Shown: positions 1 to 7,573, numbered from the stretch's first letter. The stretch: DNA of 64,000 bases from an uncultured Candidatus Saccharibacteria bacterium (GCA_964544935.1 CAZJDZ010000002.1:30668-94667), one strand, 5' to 3'. The notes: generated by a model not told the origin, from the sequence alone. Numbers and translations: made by a program.

Positions 1-82
1 AAAAGAATTATATGCGCACTGAGTGCGTCTACCAATTTCAAAAACTGAGCTAGATTTATAAAGTTGTTCAAAAATAAAATAT

Positions 83-164
83 GCCCGGGTGGCGAAATTG
101 GTAGACGCACTTGCCTTAGGAGCAAGCGAGGTAACTCATGAAGGTTCAAGTCCTTTCCCGGGCA
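83..164 (+). tRNA. tRNA-Leu, anticodon UAG
   Basis: GCCCGGG acceptor paired with CCCGGGC. Anticodon stem cttgc/gcaag with loop cTTAGga gives anticodon TAG. Long variable arm and T-arm GAAGG-TTCAAGT-CCTTT. Near-identical in layout to E. coli leuW-type tRNA. CCA is not encoded. Confidence 0.9.
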
Positions 165-179
165 CAACATAAAAAATGA

Positions 180-203
180 GACATCTTTTGATGTCCATTT
201 TTT
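180..203. terminator. Short hairpin (gacatc/gatgtc) with an A-run on one side and a T-run on the other; terminator-like element after tRNA-Leu
   Basis: 6-bp stem with tttt loop, followed by cattttttt. Weak. Confidence 0.35.
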
Positions 204-218
204 AGTTGCGCCCGGGAA

Positions 219-310
219 GCAAGTGACCTGCGTCACTTGCGTAAGGACTTGAATAGGGGTCGCGAAGTCTTATATTTTGTAATCAAAATAGACTTGGTGA
301 CCAAGTCCTT
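219..310 (+). repeat. tRNA-adjacent structured repeat, copy 1: 5' hairpin GCAAGTGAC-ctgc-GTCACTTGC, then AAGGACTTGAATAGGGGTCGCG, a variable hairpin, then GGTGACCAAGTCCTT
   Basis: The 65-nt core is identical to 1041-1105. An outer helix AAGGACTTG/CAAGTCCTT encloses GGTC...GACC and an inner hairpin aagtct/agactt. The outer stem matches the T-arm of tRNA-Leu (TTCAAGTCCTT). Confidence 0.6.
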
Positions 311-413
311 ATGATTTTAGTATATTTTCATAAAAACTTGTAATTGCTGAATGGAAGATTTGATATCCTTTCTATATAACGAGAGTTCAGAAAGTCACGA
401 AATTGGAGCACAA

Positions 414-458
414 AATAATAAACACCCATTTGTAATCAAAATGGGTGTTTATTATTTT
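414..458 (+). terminator. Strong intrinsic terminator (aataataaacaccca / tgggtgtttattatt followed by ttg)
   Basis: ~15-bp perfect stem with a T-rich tail. The loop ttgtaatcaaaat recurs inside the variable hairpin of repeat copy 1. Confidence 0.6.
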
Positions 459-471
459 GCGAGCATTATAA

Positions 472-561
472 GCAAGTGACCTGTGTCACTTGCGTAAGGA
501 CTTGAATACGGGTCGGAAAATCATCTGTGACGCAGGAGCTGATTTTGTGACCAAGTCCCTT
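472..561 (+). repeat. tRNA-adjacent structured repeat, copy 2; same architecture, different variable hairpin aaaatca/tgatttt
   Basis: Keeps the 5' hairpin GCAAGTGAC-ctgt-GTCACTTGC, GTAAGGACTTGAATACGGGTCGG and GTGACCAAGTCCCTT. The inner hairpin has a different sequence but the same fold. Confidence 0.6.
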
Positions 562-574
562 GTCGTAATAGAAA

Positions 575-607
575 AATGCCCCACCGAAGCGGGGCTTTTG
601 GGTGGGG
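575..607. terminator. GC-rich hairpin with two alternative pairings (gcccc/ggggc followed by tttt, or ccccacc/ggtgggg), lying between convergent transcripts
   Basis: Read directly from the sequence; it sits just before the stop of the minus-strand ORF ending at 618. Confidence 0.45.
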
Positions 608-617
608 TGTGGTTCGT

Positions 618-920
618 CTACTTGATCTTGGCTTCATTCAGAAGCGCTTTGGCTGTTTCGATGTGTCCAGCCTGAAGCAGTCCGAAAAGATGTTGGTTGC
701 CATCCTGGATGGAGACAACAAAGTGCTTCTCAAGGTCTCCTTCTGAAAAGGTGACCTGGTAGACACTTTTCGGAAGAAATAGTGACTTGAAGTTGCGAAT
801 TGAGCAACGAACAACCCTCCATCCCTTTTTTTCTGCTTCTTCAAGAAGCAGAGCATACTCCCTGTCAGGTTTTTCGCTTGATGGGACAAGCAGGCTGAGA
901 AGTGCGAGTTCCAAAAACAT
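618..920 (-). CDS. Hypothetical 100-aa protein, moderately GC-rich
   Basis: ATG is preceded by a strong SD (acggaggt) and by TTGACA-N17-ATATAT on the minus strand. No family recognised. Confidence 0.5.
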   Translation of the reverse strand: MFLELALLSLLVPSSEKPDREYALLLEEAEKKGWRVVRCSIRNFKSLFLPKSVYQVTFSEGDLEKHFVVSIQDGNQHLFGLLQAGHIETAKALLNEAKIK

Positions 921-1040
921 TGAGTACCTCCGTAGGTAATAGTTTGAAGACCAAAATTACACAAATATAATATATCATACTATGTACATTTGTCAAGCAA
1001 TTTTCGCCTGAATTTACTTCTCTTTTCTGCTCTTTCTATC

Positions 1041-1107
1041 GTAAGGACTTGAATAGGGGTCGCGAAGTCTTATATTTTGTAATCAAAATAGACTTGGTGA
1101 CCAAGTT
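1041..1107 (+). repeat. tRNA-adjacent structured repeat, copy 3; lacks the 5' hairpin and its 3' end diverges (CCAAGTTCTC)
   Basis: Positions 1041-1105 are identical to 241-305, so this is a direct repeat bracketing 306-1040. Confidence 0.6.
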
Positions 1108-1118
1108 CTCACATTATT

Positions 1119-1271
1119 TCATCTCATTGGATTTTCTCCTCTGATAATCCTAATGAGGAAAAATACAACCGCGATTATAAGAAGAATGTGGATAAACGAA
1201 CCTAGGATATGGAATCCGAGGAATCCTACAAGCCAGAGAATGATAAGCACTGTTGCAATTGTTGTAAGCAT
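1119..1271 (-). CDS. Small 50-aa hydrophobic membrane protein (MLTTIATVLIILWLVGFLGFHILGSFIHILLIIAVVFFLIRIIRGENPMR); resembles the lmo0937-type small membrane protein family
   Basis: Translated by hand from the minus strand; single ATG directly after an in-frame stop. The family resemblance is from memory. Confidence 0.45.
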   Translation of the reverse strand: MLTTIATVLIILWLVGFLGFHILGSFIHILLIIAVVFFLIRIIRGENPMR

Positions 1272-1451
1272 GGTGAATGTTGTGTAGAACTTCTCTTACA
1301 GTACGTGACTAGTTAGAATACATGAAAGAATGAGAAACAGCACATAGTGCGAGATGGGTTCTTGTTAGATTAATAAAACTAAAAGTTCCTCACATGTTCA
1401 GTGTACGCTTTTTACAGGAAATAGTAAGCAAAATTTTTATATACTATAGAA

Positions 1452-1488
1452 GAAAAATAAAAAAGCGGGGCGACCTTCGTCGCCCCGC
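1452..1488 (-). terminator. Minus-strand intrinsic terminator (gcggggcgac-cttc-gtcgccccgc followed by a T-run on the minus strand)
   Basis: 10-bp GC stem; the A-run at 1452-1464 on the plus strand is a U-tract on the minus strand. Downstream of the ORF ending at 1590. Confidence 0.55.
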
Positions 1489-1503
1489 ACCATACACCAT
1501 ACA

Positions 1504-1546
1504 AAAGAAAAAACCCCACATACTGTCATCACGACATGAGTGGGGT
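1504..1546 (-). terminator. Second minus-strand terminator hairpin (ccccac...gtgggg followed by a U-tract on the minus strand)
   Basis: Tandem with the hairpin at 1452-1488. Confidence 0.5.
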
Positions 1547-1589
1547 CTTGTGTGTTACCTGCATTGCACAGATAACGGTTGCAGTTTGG

Positions 1590-2651
1590 TCAGGCAGCGA
1601 GGGGTTCTCGCTTCGGTTCAAAGACCATGAGGTCGTAGCAGGCCTTGCTTGAGGCGCTGACGACACAGATGCGGCCAGTCGGGTTTCCCTGCGAGTGCTC
1701 GCGGAAAGCAACGGCAAGCGGCGTCTCCCAGGTCTTCCGCGCGGCGGCGACATCAGCACTGCTCTTGTAGAGCGGTACTTCCGTCGGAATCCCCCCGAGC
1801 TTGACCATGATGATGTCTTCTGCGCTCACTGCGAGCGTCATCGTGGAAGGCTTCAGGCCGGCTTGGTTCAGTTCCGACTTGTTGTCGGAGACTTCGGTCT
1901 CGCCACGGCGGACCTTCCTGTCTGTCAGGAAGAAGTAGCTCTTCGAGGCGCCTTCTGCATCAACGATGATGTAGTGTCGATCGCCGATGAGGCGAGGGAG
2001 TTCATCTTCCATGACCGGAAGGCCGCTGCGCTTTTCGCCGGTTGCCGTGTAGGCGACCTTGATCTGGCGGGCCAGCAGCTCTCTCGCGAAAGTTGCTCGC
2101 GCGGCCAGGCGTTCTTCACGTCGGGCATCAACCTCTGCGGTCCGCTGTGCCTGCCTTTCGAGGTGGGCTTGACGCTCGACTGCGAGACGCTCATCCACCA
2201 GGATCTGTTCGTTCTTGGTGAAATTGGGTTCGAGATCGAGGCCACGAGCGATTGCGATCTTCAGGTCGAGCAGTCGCTCGACCGAAGACCCTCCGACGAG
2301 TTTCGTCATGCCATTGACTGTGATCATGTGGGCCGTCTCGAAGTCTTGTGTCGGGAGCACCGACAGCACATACTTCGAGTTCAATCCGACGATGATCGGA
2401 CAGGGTTCGCTGTCGATTTCGATCAGGTCGGCAAACGGTCGGATACCGGAGGTCTGGAAAGTCCAGGCCTTGACGCCGTTCACCATGACCTTTGCCGGGC
2501 GGTAGCCGTCGTCGTCAGCACCGAAGAACTTGTCCGAACGGAACATCTGGAGTTCGATCTTGATGTCGTTGGGCGCCGTCCAAGAATGGACGATCTCGTG
2601 ACCCGCGTGGATCTTGAGTGCCGGCGAGACAGCGATGGTACGGGTGCTCAT
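1590..2651 (-). CDS. GC-rich hypothetical protein of ~353 aa starting MSTRTIAVSPAL; likely horizontally acquired
   Basis: The ORF track extends it to 2771 via a GTG that sits inside the promoter -10. GC content jumps exactly at the ATG at 2649-2651. A coiled-coil-like segment rich in Arg, Ala and Glu in the middle. No family recognised. Confidence 0.6.
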   Translation of the reverse strand: MSTRTIAVSPALKIHAGHEIVHSWTAPNDIKIELQMFRSDKFFGADDDGYRPAKVMVNGVKAWTFQTSGIRPFADLIEIDSEPCPIIVGLNSKYVLSVLPTQDFETAHMITVNGMTKLVGGSSVERLLDLKIAIARGLDLEPNFTKNEQILVDERLAVERQAHLERQAQRTAEVDARREERLAARATFARELLARQIKVAYTATGEKRSGLPVMEDELPRLIGDRHYIIVDAEGASKSYFFLTDRKVRRGETEVSDNKSELNQAGLKPSTMTLAVSAEDIIMVKLGGIPTEVPLYKSSADVAAARKTWETPLAVAFREHSQGNPTGRICVVSASSKACYDLMVFEPKREPLAA

Positions 2652-2762
2652 AGTGAATACCTTGCCTTTCTTGATGATCAATTCTTTGACCGGATTGTAG
2701 AGAACAACATATAGAAAGCTGGAGGCAACAAAGTTGCAAGCTACCTTACTTTCATGATTACT

Positions 2763-2790
2763 AGTATACACTAATTTATAAAATTGTCAA
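2763..2790 (-). promoter_or_regulatory. Minus-strand sigma70-like promoter TTGACA-N16-TATACT driving the GC-rich ORF 1590-2651; part of a duplicated ~45-nt promoter module
   Basis: The reverse complement reads atatacTTGACAattttataaattagtgTATACTagtaatcatgaaagt, near-identical to the module at 3995-4022. Confidence 0.5.
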
Positions 2791-2896
2791 GTATATTTTG
2801 GCTGGAAAAAGCAATTTTCTATATATATAAAATGGGTATTGAGCTTATTATATATTTCAAAATATAGAAAATAATCAATTTCGTCCCTGATGTATA

Positions 2897-2926
2897 TAAA
2901 AAAGAAAGAACCTCCGAGGAGGTTCT
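2897..2926 (-). terminator. Minus-strand terminator (gaacctcc/ggaggttc with a U-tract) after ORF 2962-3900
   Basis: Hairpin with an A-run at 2897-2907 on the plus strand. Confidence 0.5.
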
Positions 2927-2961
2927 TCACGCTACACATTGCATGCAGTGTTTGCCTTGGG

Positions 2962-3900
2962 TTAGGCAGCCACCATTTCGGTGGACTTCGACAGCTTGTC
3001 CAGCTTGGCGAGGATGTGGTCACGCAGCAGATTCGCATGCGTGAAGTACTCGTCGCCGAGTTCACGAGCAGCATCAGGGATGCCGGTCCCCAAGTCCTCG
3101 CTGTAGATCCAAAGGCCTGTGCGGACCCCATTCTTTGCGAGTGGGTGTTCCTCGGTCATGCTGATGACCGTGATGGTCATCTTCCCGTCGATGGGCTCTT
3201 GGACCACTACACATTGACTGCCTTGGTCGCCGGAGAAGCTGAAGCGACCGACAGTGTTCGAGGTGAACACCTTGATCGGCTTCAGGGTCTTCGTGTCATG
3301 GGTGGGCTTCACAGCCTGCCCATTGGAAGTTGCCAATTGAGGGCCGCCGTTGTGCTTGGAAGCGTTTCTGGCACGCTCTGCCTTGGCGAAGTCAATTTCA
3401 TGTGCGAGGTGTTCGCGCAGGAAGTTGAGCATCTGCTCTTGGATCTCGCCGCGCCAGCCGGAAAGCAGGTTGACCTGATCCGCCGGCTTGAACAGCCAGG
3501 ACAACGGAATGAAGACATCGCGGCACCCGAAGATGCCGAGGATGTCGGTCGCTTCCAGGTGGAGGGTCTCGACACGGTACGTGTCGTACACCAGCTGCCC
3601 GGTTTCGTCCATGTATCCGACGGCGTATTCGCCGTGGATGCCTGCGACCATGTTGCCGTAGAAGGAGCACATGTGCTCCAGCTCTGCCTGCGTGCGGATC
3701 GCCGCATCCTTGCGGGCTTGTTCGGCCAGCGCTCGGGAGCGCTCCGACTCTTGCATCAAGCGGGCAGCTTCACGGTCCTTGTTGGGGCGGTAGGAGGCGG
3801 GGATGGGGCCTTTCGGCTTCTTCGTGGCCACCGGTTCGGCGGTGCCACCCTTCTTGGCTGCCTTGGGTTGCTTTTTGGCTGGAATTTGCTTGCTCGACAT
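2962..3900 (-). CDS. GC-rich hypothetical protein of 312 aa with a Lys/Ala/Pro-rich N-terminal tail; likely horizontally acquired
   Basis: Start ATG preceded by AGGAG (gcaggagattcaaATG). Visibly GC-rich against AT-rich flanks. No family recognised. Confidence 0.6.
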   Translation of the reverse strand: MSSKQIPAKKQPKAAKKGGTAEPVATKKPKGPIPASYRPNKDREAARLMQESERSRALAEQARKDAAIRTQAELEHMCSFYGNMVAGIHGEYAVGYMDETGQLVYDTYRVETLHLEATDILGIFGCRDVFIPLSWLFKPADQVNLLSGWRGEIQEQMLNFLREHLAHEIDFAKAERARNASKHNGGPQLATSNGQAVKPTHDTKTLKPIKVFTSNTVGRFSFSGDQGSQCVVVQEPIDGKMTITVISMTEEHPLAKNGVRTGLWIYSEDLGTGIPDAARELGDEYFTHANLLRDHILAKLDKLSKSTEMVAA

Positions 3901-3994
3901 TTGAATCTCCTGCGCAATGTTTCAGCGCGTGGTGGATTGAAAGGTTCAACGAGAAAGAGTCTGGGGCTTGCCGCGGACAACTTTCATGTATTAT

Positions 3995-4022
3995 AGTATA
4001 CACTAATTTATCAAAATGTCAA
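3995..4022 (-). promoter_or_regulatory. Minus-strand promoter TTGACA-N16-TATACT for ORF 2962-3900; second copy of the promoter module
   Basis: The reverse complement reads atatacTTGACAttttgataaattagtgTATACTataatacatgaaagt. Confidence 0.5.
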
Positions 4023-4030
4023 GTATATAA

Positions 4031-4059
4031 TTGACAAAATACAATAGTATTATTATATT
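4031..4059 (+). promoter_or_regulatory. Plus-strand TTGACA-N17-TATATT promoter-like element, divergent from the module at 3995-4022
   Basis: Consensus hexamers; no obvious downstream plus-strand gene. It would give a short transcript antisense to the rbfA terminator. Confidence 0.3.
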
Positions 4060-4093
4060 ATTTATAATAATGCTTTGTAATATTAGTGGATTT

Positions 4094-4129
4094 GAGAAAG
4101 AAAATGCGCGACCCGAAGGGTCGCGCATT
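4094..4129 (-). terminator. Terminator of the infB-rbfA operon (aatgcgcgaccc-gaa-gggtcgcgcatt with a U-tract on the minus strand)
   Basis: 12-bp perfect GC-rich stem, 65 nt downstream of the rbfA stop. Confidence 0.6.
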
Positions 4130-4196
4130 CTATGTATTGGTATTGTATTTTTCTACTGTCTATCATCTACAGCGAAGCGATTTATATTCTGCTATT

Positions 4197-4601
4197 CTAG
4201 TTATCTTCCAGCTCGCTTTCTTTTTGTTCAGCAAGGCCAACGTATGCTTGATGTGCAGCCTTATCTTTTCGTAGTAGCTCGTCAACATGAAGACGATTCT
4301 TCTCTCCATAATCAATCTCTACTTCAAAAAATGGAATCACTTTTACAGGAAGCCTCTTCATAACGAAATGACGAAGCTCACTTCTCATACGCTTAGCAAA
4401 GTTAATTGCAGCATCCTCTTTGTTCTCTGGGAGTACAGTAATAAAAATAGTGCCATGCTTCATATCACGAGAAATATCTGTGCGAGTAACGGTGATCATA
4501 GAAGCGCCTGATGATTCACGCTGAAAAAAGTCCTGAGTAATACCGAGCACTTGCTGCTCTACCTGTAACTGGCGTTGTGATTTTGGTACATTTGCATCCA
4601 T
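4197..4601 (-). CDS. rbfA: Ribosome-binding factor A
   Basis: 134 aa. The ITVTRTDISRDMKHGTIFITV and VKVIPFFEVEIDYGE segments fit the RbfA pattern, and the classic position downstream of infB supports it. Confidence 0.75.
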   Translation of the reverse strand: MDANVPKSQRQLQVEQQVLGITQDFFQRESSGASMITVTRTDISRDMKHGTIFITVLPENKEDAAINFAKRMRSELRHFVMKRLPVKVIPFFEVEIDYGEKNRLHVDELLRKDKAAHQAYVGLAEQKESELEDN

Positions 4602-4677
4602 ATATTATTGGTTAGTGATAGGGTTAAGTGTGTTTTGTCTGCGTAGTCTGCTTTTAGTCTGCGAGGTCTGCGTCTTG

Positions 4678-6213
4678 TTAGATGCGAAGCTTCTCTACAG
4701 TAATTGCTTCAACCATATCAGAAGGAATCATTTCTACTTTACTTTCAATCATGAGACCACACTCGTTACCTTCCATAACTGATGATGTTTTGATCTTTTG
4801 TGACTGAAGTTCAACAATTCTTCCTTTGCCAAGCTCAACACCACGACGAACAATACGAACAAGTGCTCCGTTTTCGATACGGCCAGTTTCAACACGACCT
4901 CCGATAACATGCTTATCTTTTTGTGAACTGAAGTTTCGAAGCACCTTGAGTGTTCCAAGAATAGTTTCTTTTTCTTCAAAAGGAAGACGTTCTTCTACGA
5001 GCGTATCAAACCATTCTGAGAGTTTATAAATAATATCAAAAAGTTGTGGAGTGATGTTGAATCTGTCAGCTTGGTCACGAGCTTTTGCTTCCATCTTAAC
5101 TGCAAATCCGAGAATCACTGTCTTTTCATCAGATGACGCAAGCATGATATCTCCTTCTGAGATATTTCCTACGCCTTCTGCGATGATTTTGATCTTTGTA
5201 TCATCGGTCTCACGCTTTTTGAGTTCTGATTTTACAGCATCAAGAGTTCCAAGTGAATCAGCTTTTATGACAACAGGGATAACTACTTTTGCGTTACGAT
5301 AGATACGAGGATCAAGAACTGTCTTTACTGCGTTTTGTCTAGTCTCCTCTTGAAGTTTCTCCATAATCTTTTTATCAGATGAAGAAACGAAGATAGCCCC
5401 AGAGGTAGGTATCTCATCAAAGCCAGTTACTTTGATTGGTTGGCCTGCATGTGGGTTCTTAATTATTCGTCCTGCGAAGTCTTCGATGATACGAATAGGG
5501 GAGAGTGCTGTGCCAGCAACAATTGCACCACTAGCAGCAAGTGTCCCGTCTTTAAGAACAAGAGTTGCAGAGGTACCACGCTTTGGATCAACAAAACTTT
5601 CAAGGACGTAGCCTGTTGCTTCTGTTGCTAGATTTGCTTTAAGTTCATGCATATCTACAAGGAGAAGAAGTGTTTCAAGAAGAAAATCAACTCCTGTACC
5701 TGCCTTTGCAGAAATTTCAACACAAGGAATATCACCTCCGTATCCTTCGATGTAGATACCATTTTCCACAAGAGAGTTCTTTGTCTTCTGTATATCTGCG
5801 CCTGGCTTGTCTATTTTGTTGATTGCAACAACATACGGAAGCTTATGAGCATCAATTGTTTTCCATGCTTCAAGAGTTTGTGCTTTTACACCGTCTTCTG
5901 CAGAAACAATGAGAATAGCAATATCTGCAATCTCTACACCACGTTCACGCATACTTTGAAAAGCCGCGTGTCCTGGAGTATCAAGAAACGTGATAGGCTT
6001 TGTACTGCCATCCGGTTGCTTCTGGTTAACTTCGTAGGCTGAGATACGCTGTGTGATACCACCAGCTTCGCCGTCTACGACGTTTGATTTTCGAATATAA
6101 TCAAGAAGTGAGGATTTACCATGATCAACATGCCCGAGGACCGCGATGACAGGCTGACGAGAAACAGCTTCTTGTGAAGTGAGCTTTTTTGACATAATTG
6201 GAAGTAAGGGCAA
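4678..6213 (-). CDS. infB: Translation initiation factor IF-2, short form of 511 aa lacking the long N-terminal region
   Basis: GHVDHGKSSLLD G1 motif, DTPGH, NKIDK, C-terminal beta-barrel domains. Confidence 0.9.
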   Translation of the reverse strand: MPLLPIMSKKLTSQEAVSRQPVIAVLGHVDHGKSSLLDYIRKSNVVDGEAGGITQRISAYEVNQKQPDGSTKPITFLDTPGHAAFQSMRERGVEIADIAILIVSAEDGVKAQTLEAWKTIDAHKLPYVVAINKIDKPGADIQKTKNSLVENGIYIEGYGGDIPCVEISAKAGTGVDFLLETLLLLVDMHELKANLATEATGYVLESFVDPKRGTSATLVLKDGTLAASGAIVAGTALSPIRIIEDFAGRIIKNPHAGQPIKVTGFDEIPTSGAIFVSSSDKKIMEKLQEETRQNAVKTVLDPRIYRNAKVVIPVVIKADSLGTLDAVKSELKKRETDDTKIKIIAEGVGNISEGDIMLASSDEKTVILGFAVKMEAKARDQADRFNITPQLFDIIYKLSEWFDTLVEERLPFEEKETILGTLKVLRNFSSQKDKHVIGGRVETGRIENGALVRIVRRGVELGKGRIVELQSQKIKTSSVMEGNECGLMIESKVEMIPSDMVEAITVEKLRI

Positions 6214-6276
6214 TTATACCACATTTTTATAATATTTTCTAGTCTTTCTCTTGGAAGAGCTTGTTAATTTCTCGTG

Positions 6277-6762
6277 TTAGAGTTTCTTTTTTTCGTTTTT
6301 CTCTTTTGCTTCGTCAAGTACATACTGCTCTTCTTCAGTAAGTTCAAATTCTGATTCAAATGCTTTAATAGGTTTTGCGTAGAATGAAGTCCTATCGCGG
6401 TGATGAAGTGAAGAAAGAACAACGCCGTTACCTGTTTCGTCGATGAGTGCTACAGAGAAAGATTGATTACTTGCGCTTGACTCGAGTGCTTTGTAACGAA
6501 TAGAGTGTGCGTTTCGTACAGAGGTTTTGAGGCGATCATCAAGTGAGAGAAGATATTTAGAAATAAATTCATTTTTTTCTTCTACAGTTGCAACACTCGC
6601 GATGCAATTTGTAAGTGTGTCTTCAAGTGTCGCGCCATTTTTGCCTCGAGTAAGAATAGTGATTCTGTGATCAAGATAGAATACATAGATAATGAGGACC
6701 CCAAGAGAAACAGAAAGAGGAAGGGCAGGATTTGCAAAGATGAGTGTGAGAATGTGTTGCAT
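6277..6762 (-). CDS. Hypothetical protein with an N-terminal membrane anchor, 161 aa
   Basis: One N-terminal TM helix and a Glu/Lys-rich C-terminus. No family assigned. Confidence 0.5.
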   Translation of the reverse strand: MQHILTLIFANPALPLSVSLGVLIIYVFYLDHRITILTRGKNGATLEDTLTNCIASVATVEEKNEFISKYLLSLDDRLKTSVRNAHSIRYKALESSASNQSFSVALIDETGNGVVLSSLHHRDRTSFYAKPIKAFESEFELTEEEQYVLDEAKEKNEKKKL

Positions 6763-7052
6763 GGCAAGAATTATATTGAAACAAGTAACTACAATAAATC
6801 AAAAAAAAGAATAGTCCTGTGTATAGAGATTGTATCATGTGTATAAAGATGGGTGTGAATAGAGATATATGGCTTAAGTCGCTTTAGGTACAATGCAAGC
6901 CTCACGTTCTTTCTGGGGTATTTTATAGCAACGAGAAACGACATCAGGAACTGACATGGAAAGGAAGTCGCCGTTTTAAAAGTGCAAAGTTGTACGAATA
7001 TAAAATTGATATTGCTGCGCTATAAAAGTTGACAAAAATAAATTATAAGTTG

Positions 7053-7082
7053 ACAAAAGTTCTGTTGTTCATGTACACTGAA
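7053..7082 (+). promoter_or_regulatory. Candidate promoter (TTGACA-N18-TACACT) for the small peptide gene at 7205
   Basis: Tandem TTGACAAAA boxes at 7030 and 7053. Weak. Confidence 0.3.
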
Positions 7083-7204
7083 CCGCGAGTTACTCAAAGA
7101 AACTGCGTTTCTTTACATGAAGTAGAGAAGAACAGAAAGGAGAAAACTTCAGTTCTTTGTGTTCTCGTGGATAAAACTCCCAACGAAATAGAAAGAGATC
7201 TGAT

Positions 7205-7486
7205 ATGCCACCAATGAAACACATCTCGATGATGGCTGCTGCAGTTGCCATGCTGGCGGGTGCTGCCATCCCGGTCTCGGCCAAGTCGACACCGGACACC
7301 CTGAGTGCCCCGGATCTGCCGGCACCCATGCCTCAGCCGGTGATGGTCGCGCCACCGTCTTTCCAGGACTCCGCACCACCTCCTCCGAGCGGCCCACCCA
7401 AGGCTGCCGATGCGGTCGAGGTGATCATGCCGCCTCCGGCTTTCGTCACAACTGACACCAGCCAGGATGATCAAGTGACCCTCTGA
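7205..7486 (+). CDS. GC-rich small secreted Pro-rich protein, 93 aa, with a signal peptide
   Basis: N-terminal hydrophobic stretch MMAAAVAMLAGAAIPVSA followed by Pro-rich low complexity. Intrinsic terminator immediately after. Confidence 0.55.
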   Translation: MPPMKHISMMAAAVAMLAGAAIPVSAKSTPDTLSAPDLPAPMPQPVMVAPPSFQDSAPPPPSGPPKAADAVEVIMPPPAFVTTDTSQDDQVTL

Positions 7487-7501
7487 GGCAACTTGGTCCC
7501 C

Positions 7502-7529
7502 AGCCCCACCATCACGGTGGGGCTTTTTA
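7502..7529 (+). terminator. Intrinsic terminator (agccccacc-atca-cggtggggct followed by ttttt)
   Basis: 9-bp GC stem plus T-tract. Confidence 0.7.
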
Positions 7530-7573
7530 TGTTATATAATGCCGTCTGGTTTTATTGTTATCAGATAAAAAAC

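Noticed and set aside
219-310. Repeat copies as minus-strand pseudo-tRNAs, since the reverse complement contains TTCAAGTCCTT
   Set aside because: No pairing partner for a T-stem (GAAGG missing) and no acceptor, D or anticodon arms could be drawn. The T-arm resemblance is better explained on the plus strand as a split T-arm.
490-675. 61-aa plus-strand ORF overlapping repeat copy 2 and the terminator
   Set aside because: It lies entirely within a structured repeat and terminator region, has no RBS, and is an arbitrary frame. Likely spurious.
1695-2714. 339-aa plus-strand ORF and several other long ORFs antisense to the GC-rich genes (for example 2890-3996 on the plus strand, and 8510-8976 on the minus strand)
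   Set aside because: Long antisense ORFs are expected by chance in GC-rich DNA because stop codons are AT-rich. The sense ORFs have promoters, RBSs and terminators. The antisense ones do not.
2652-2771. N-terminal extension of ORF 1590-2771 from an upstream GTG, as given in the ORF track
   Set aside because: The GTG lies inside the -10 hexamer of the promoter (GTGTATACT). The extension is AT-rich, unlike the ORF body. The ATG at 2649-2651 coincides with the GC shift.
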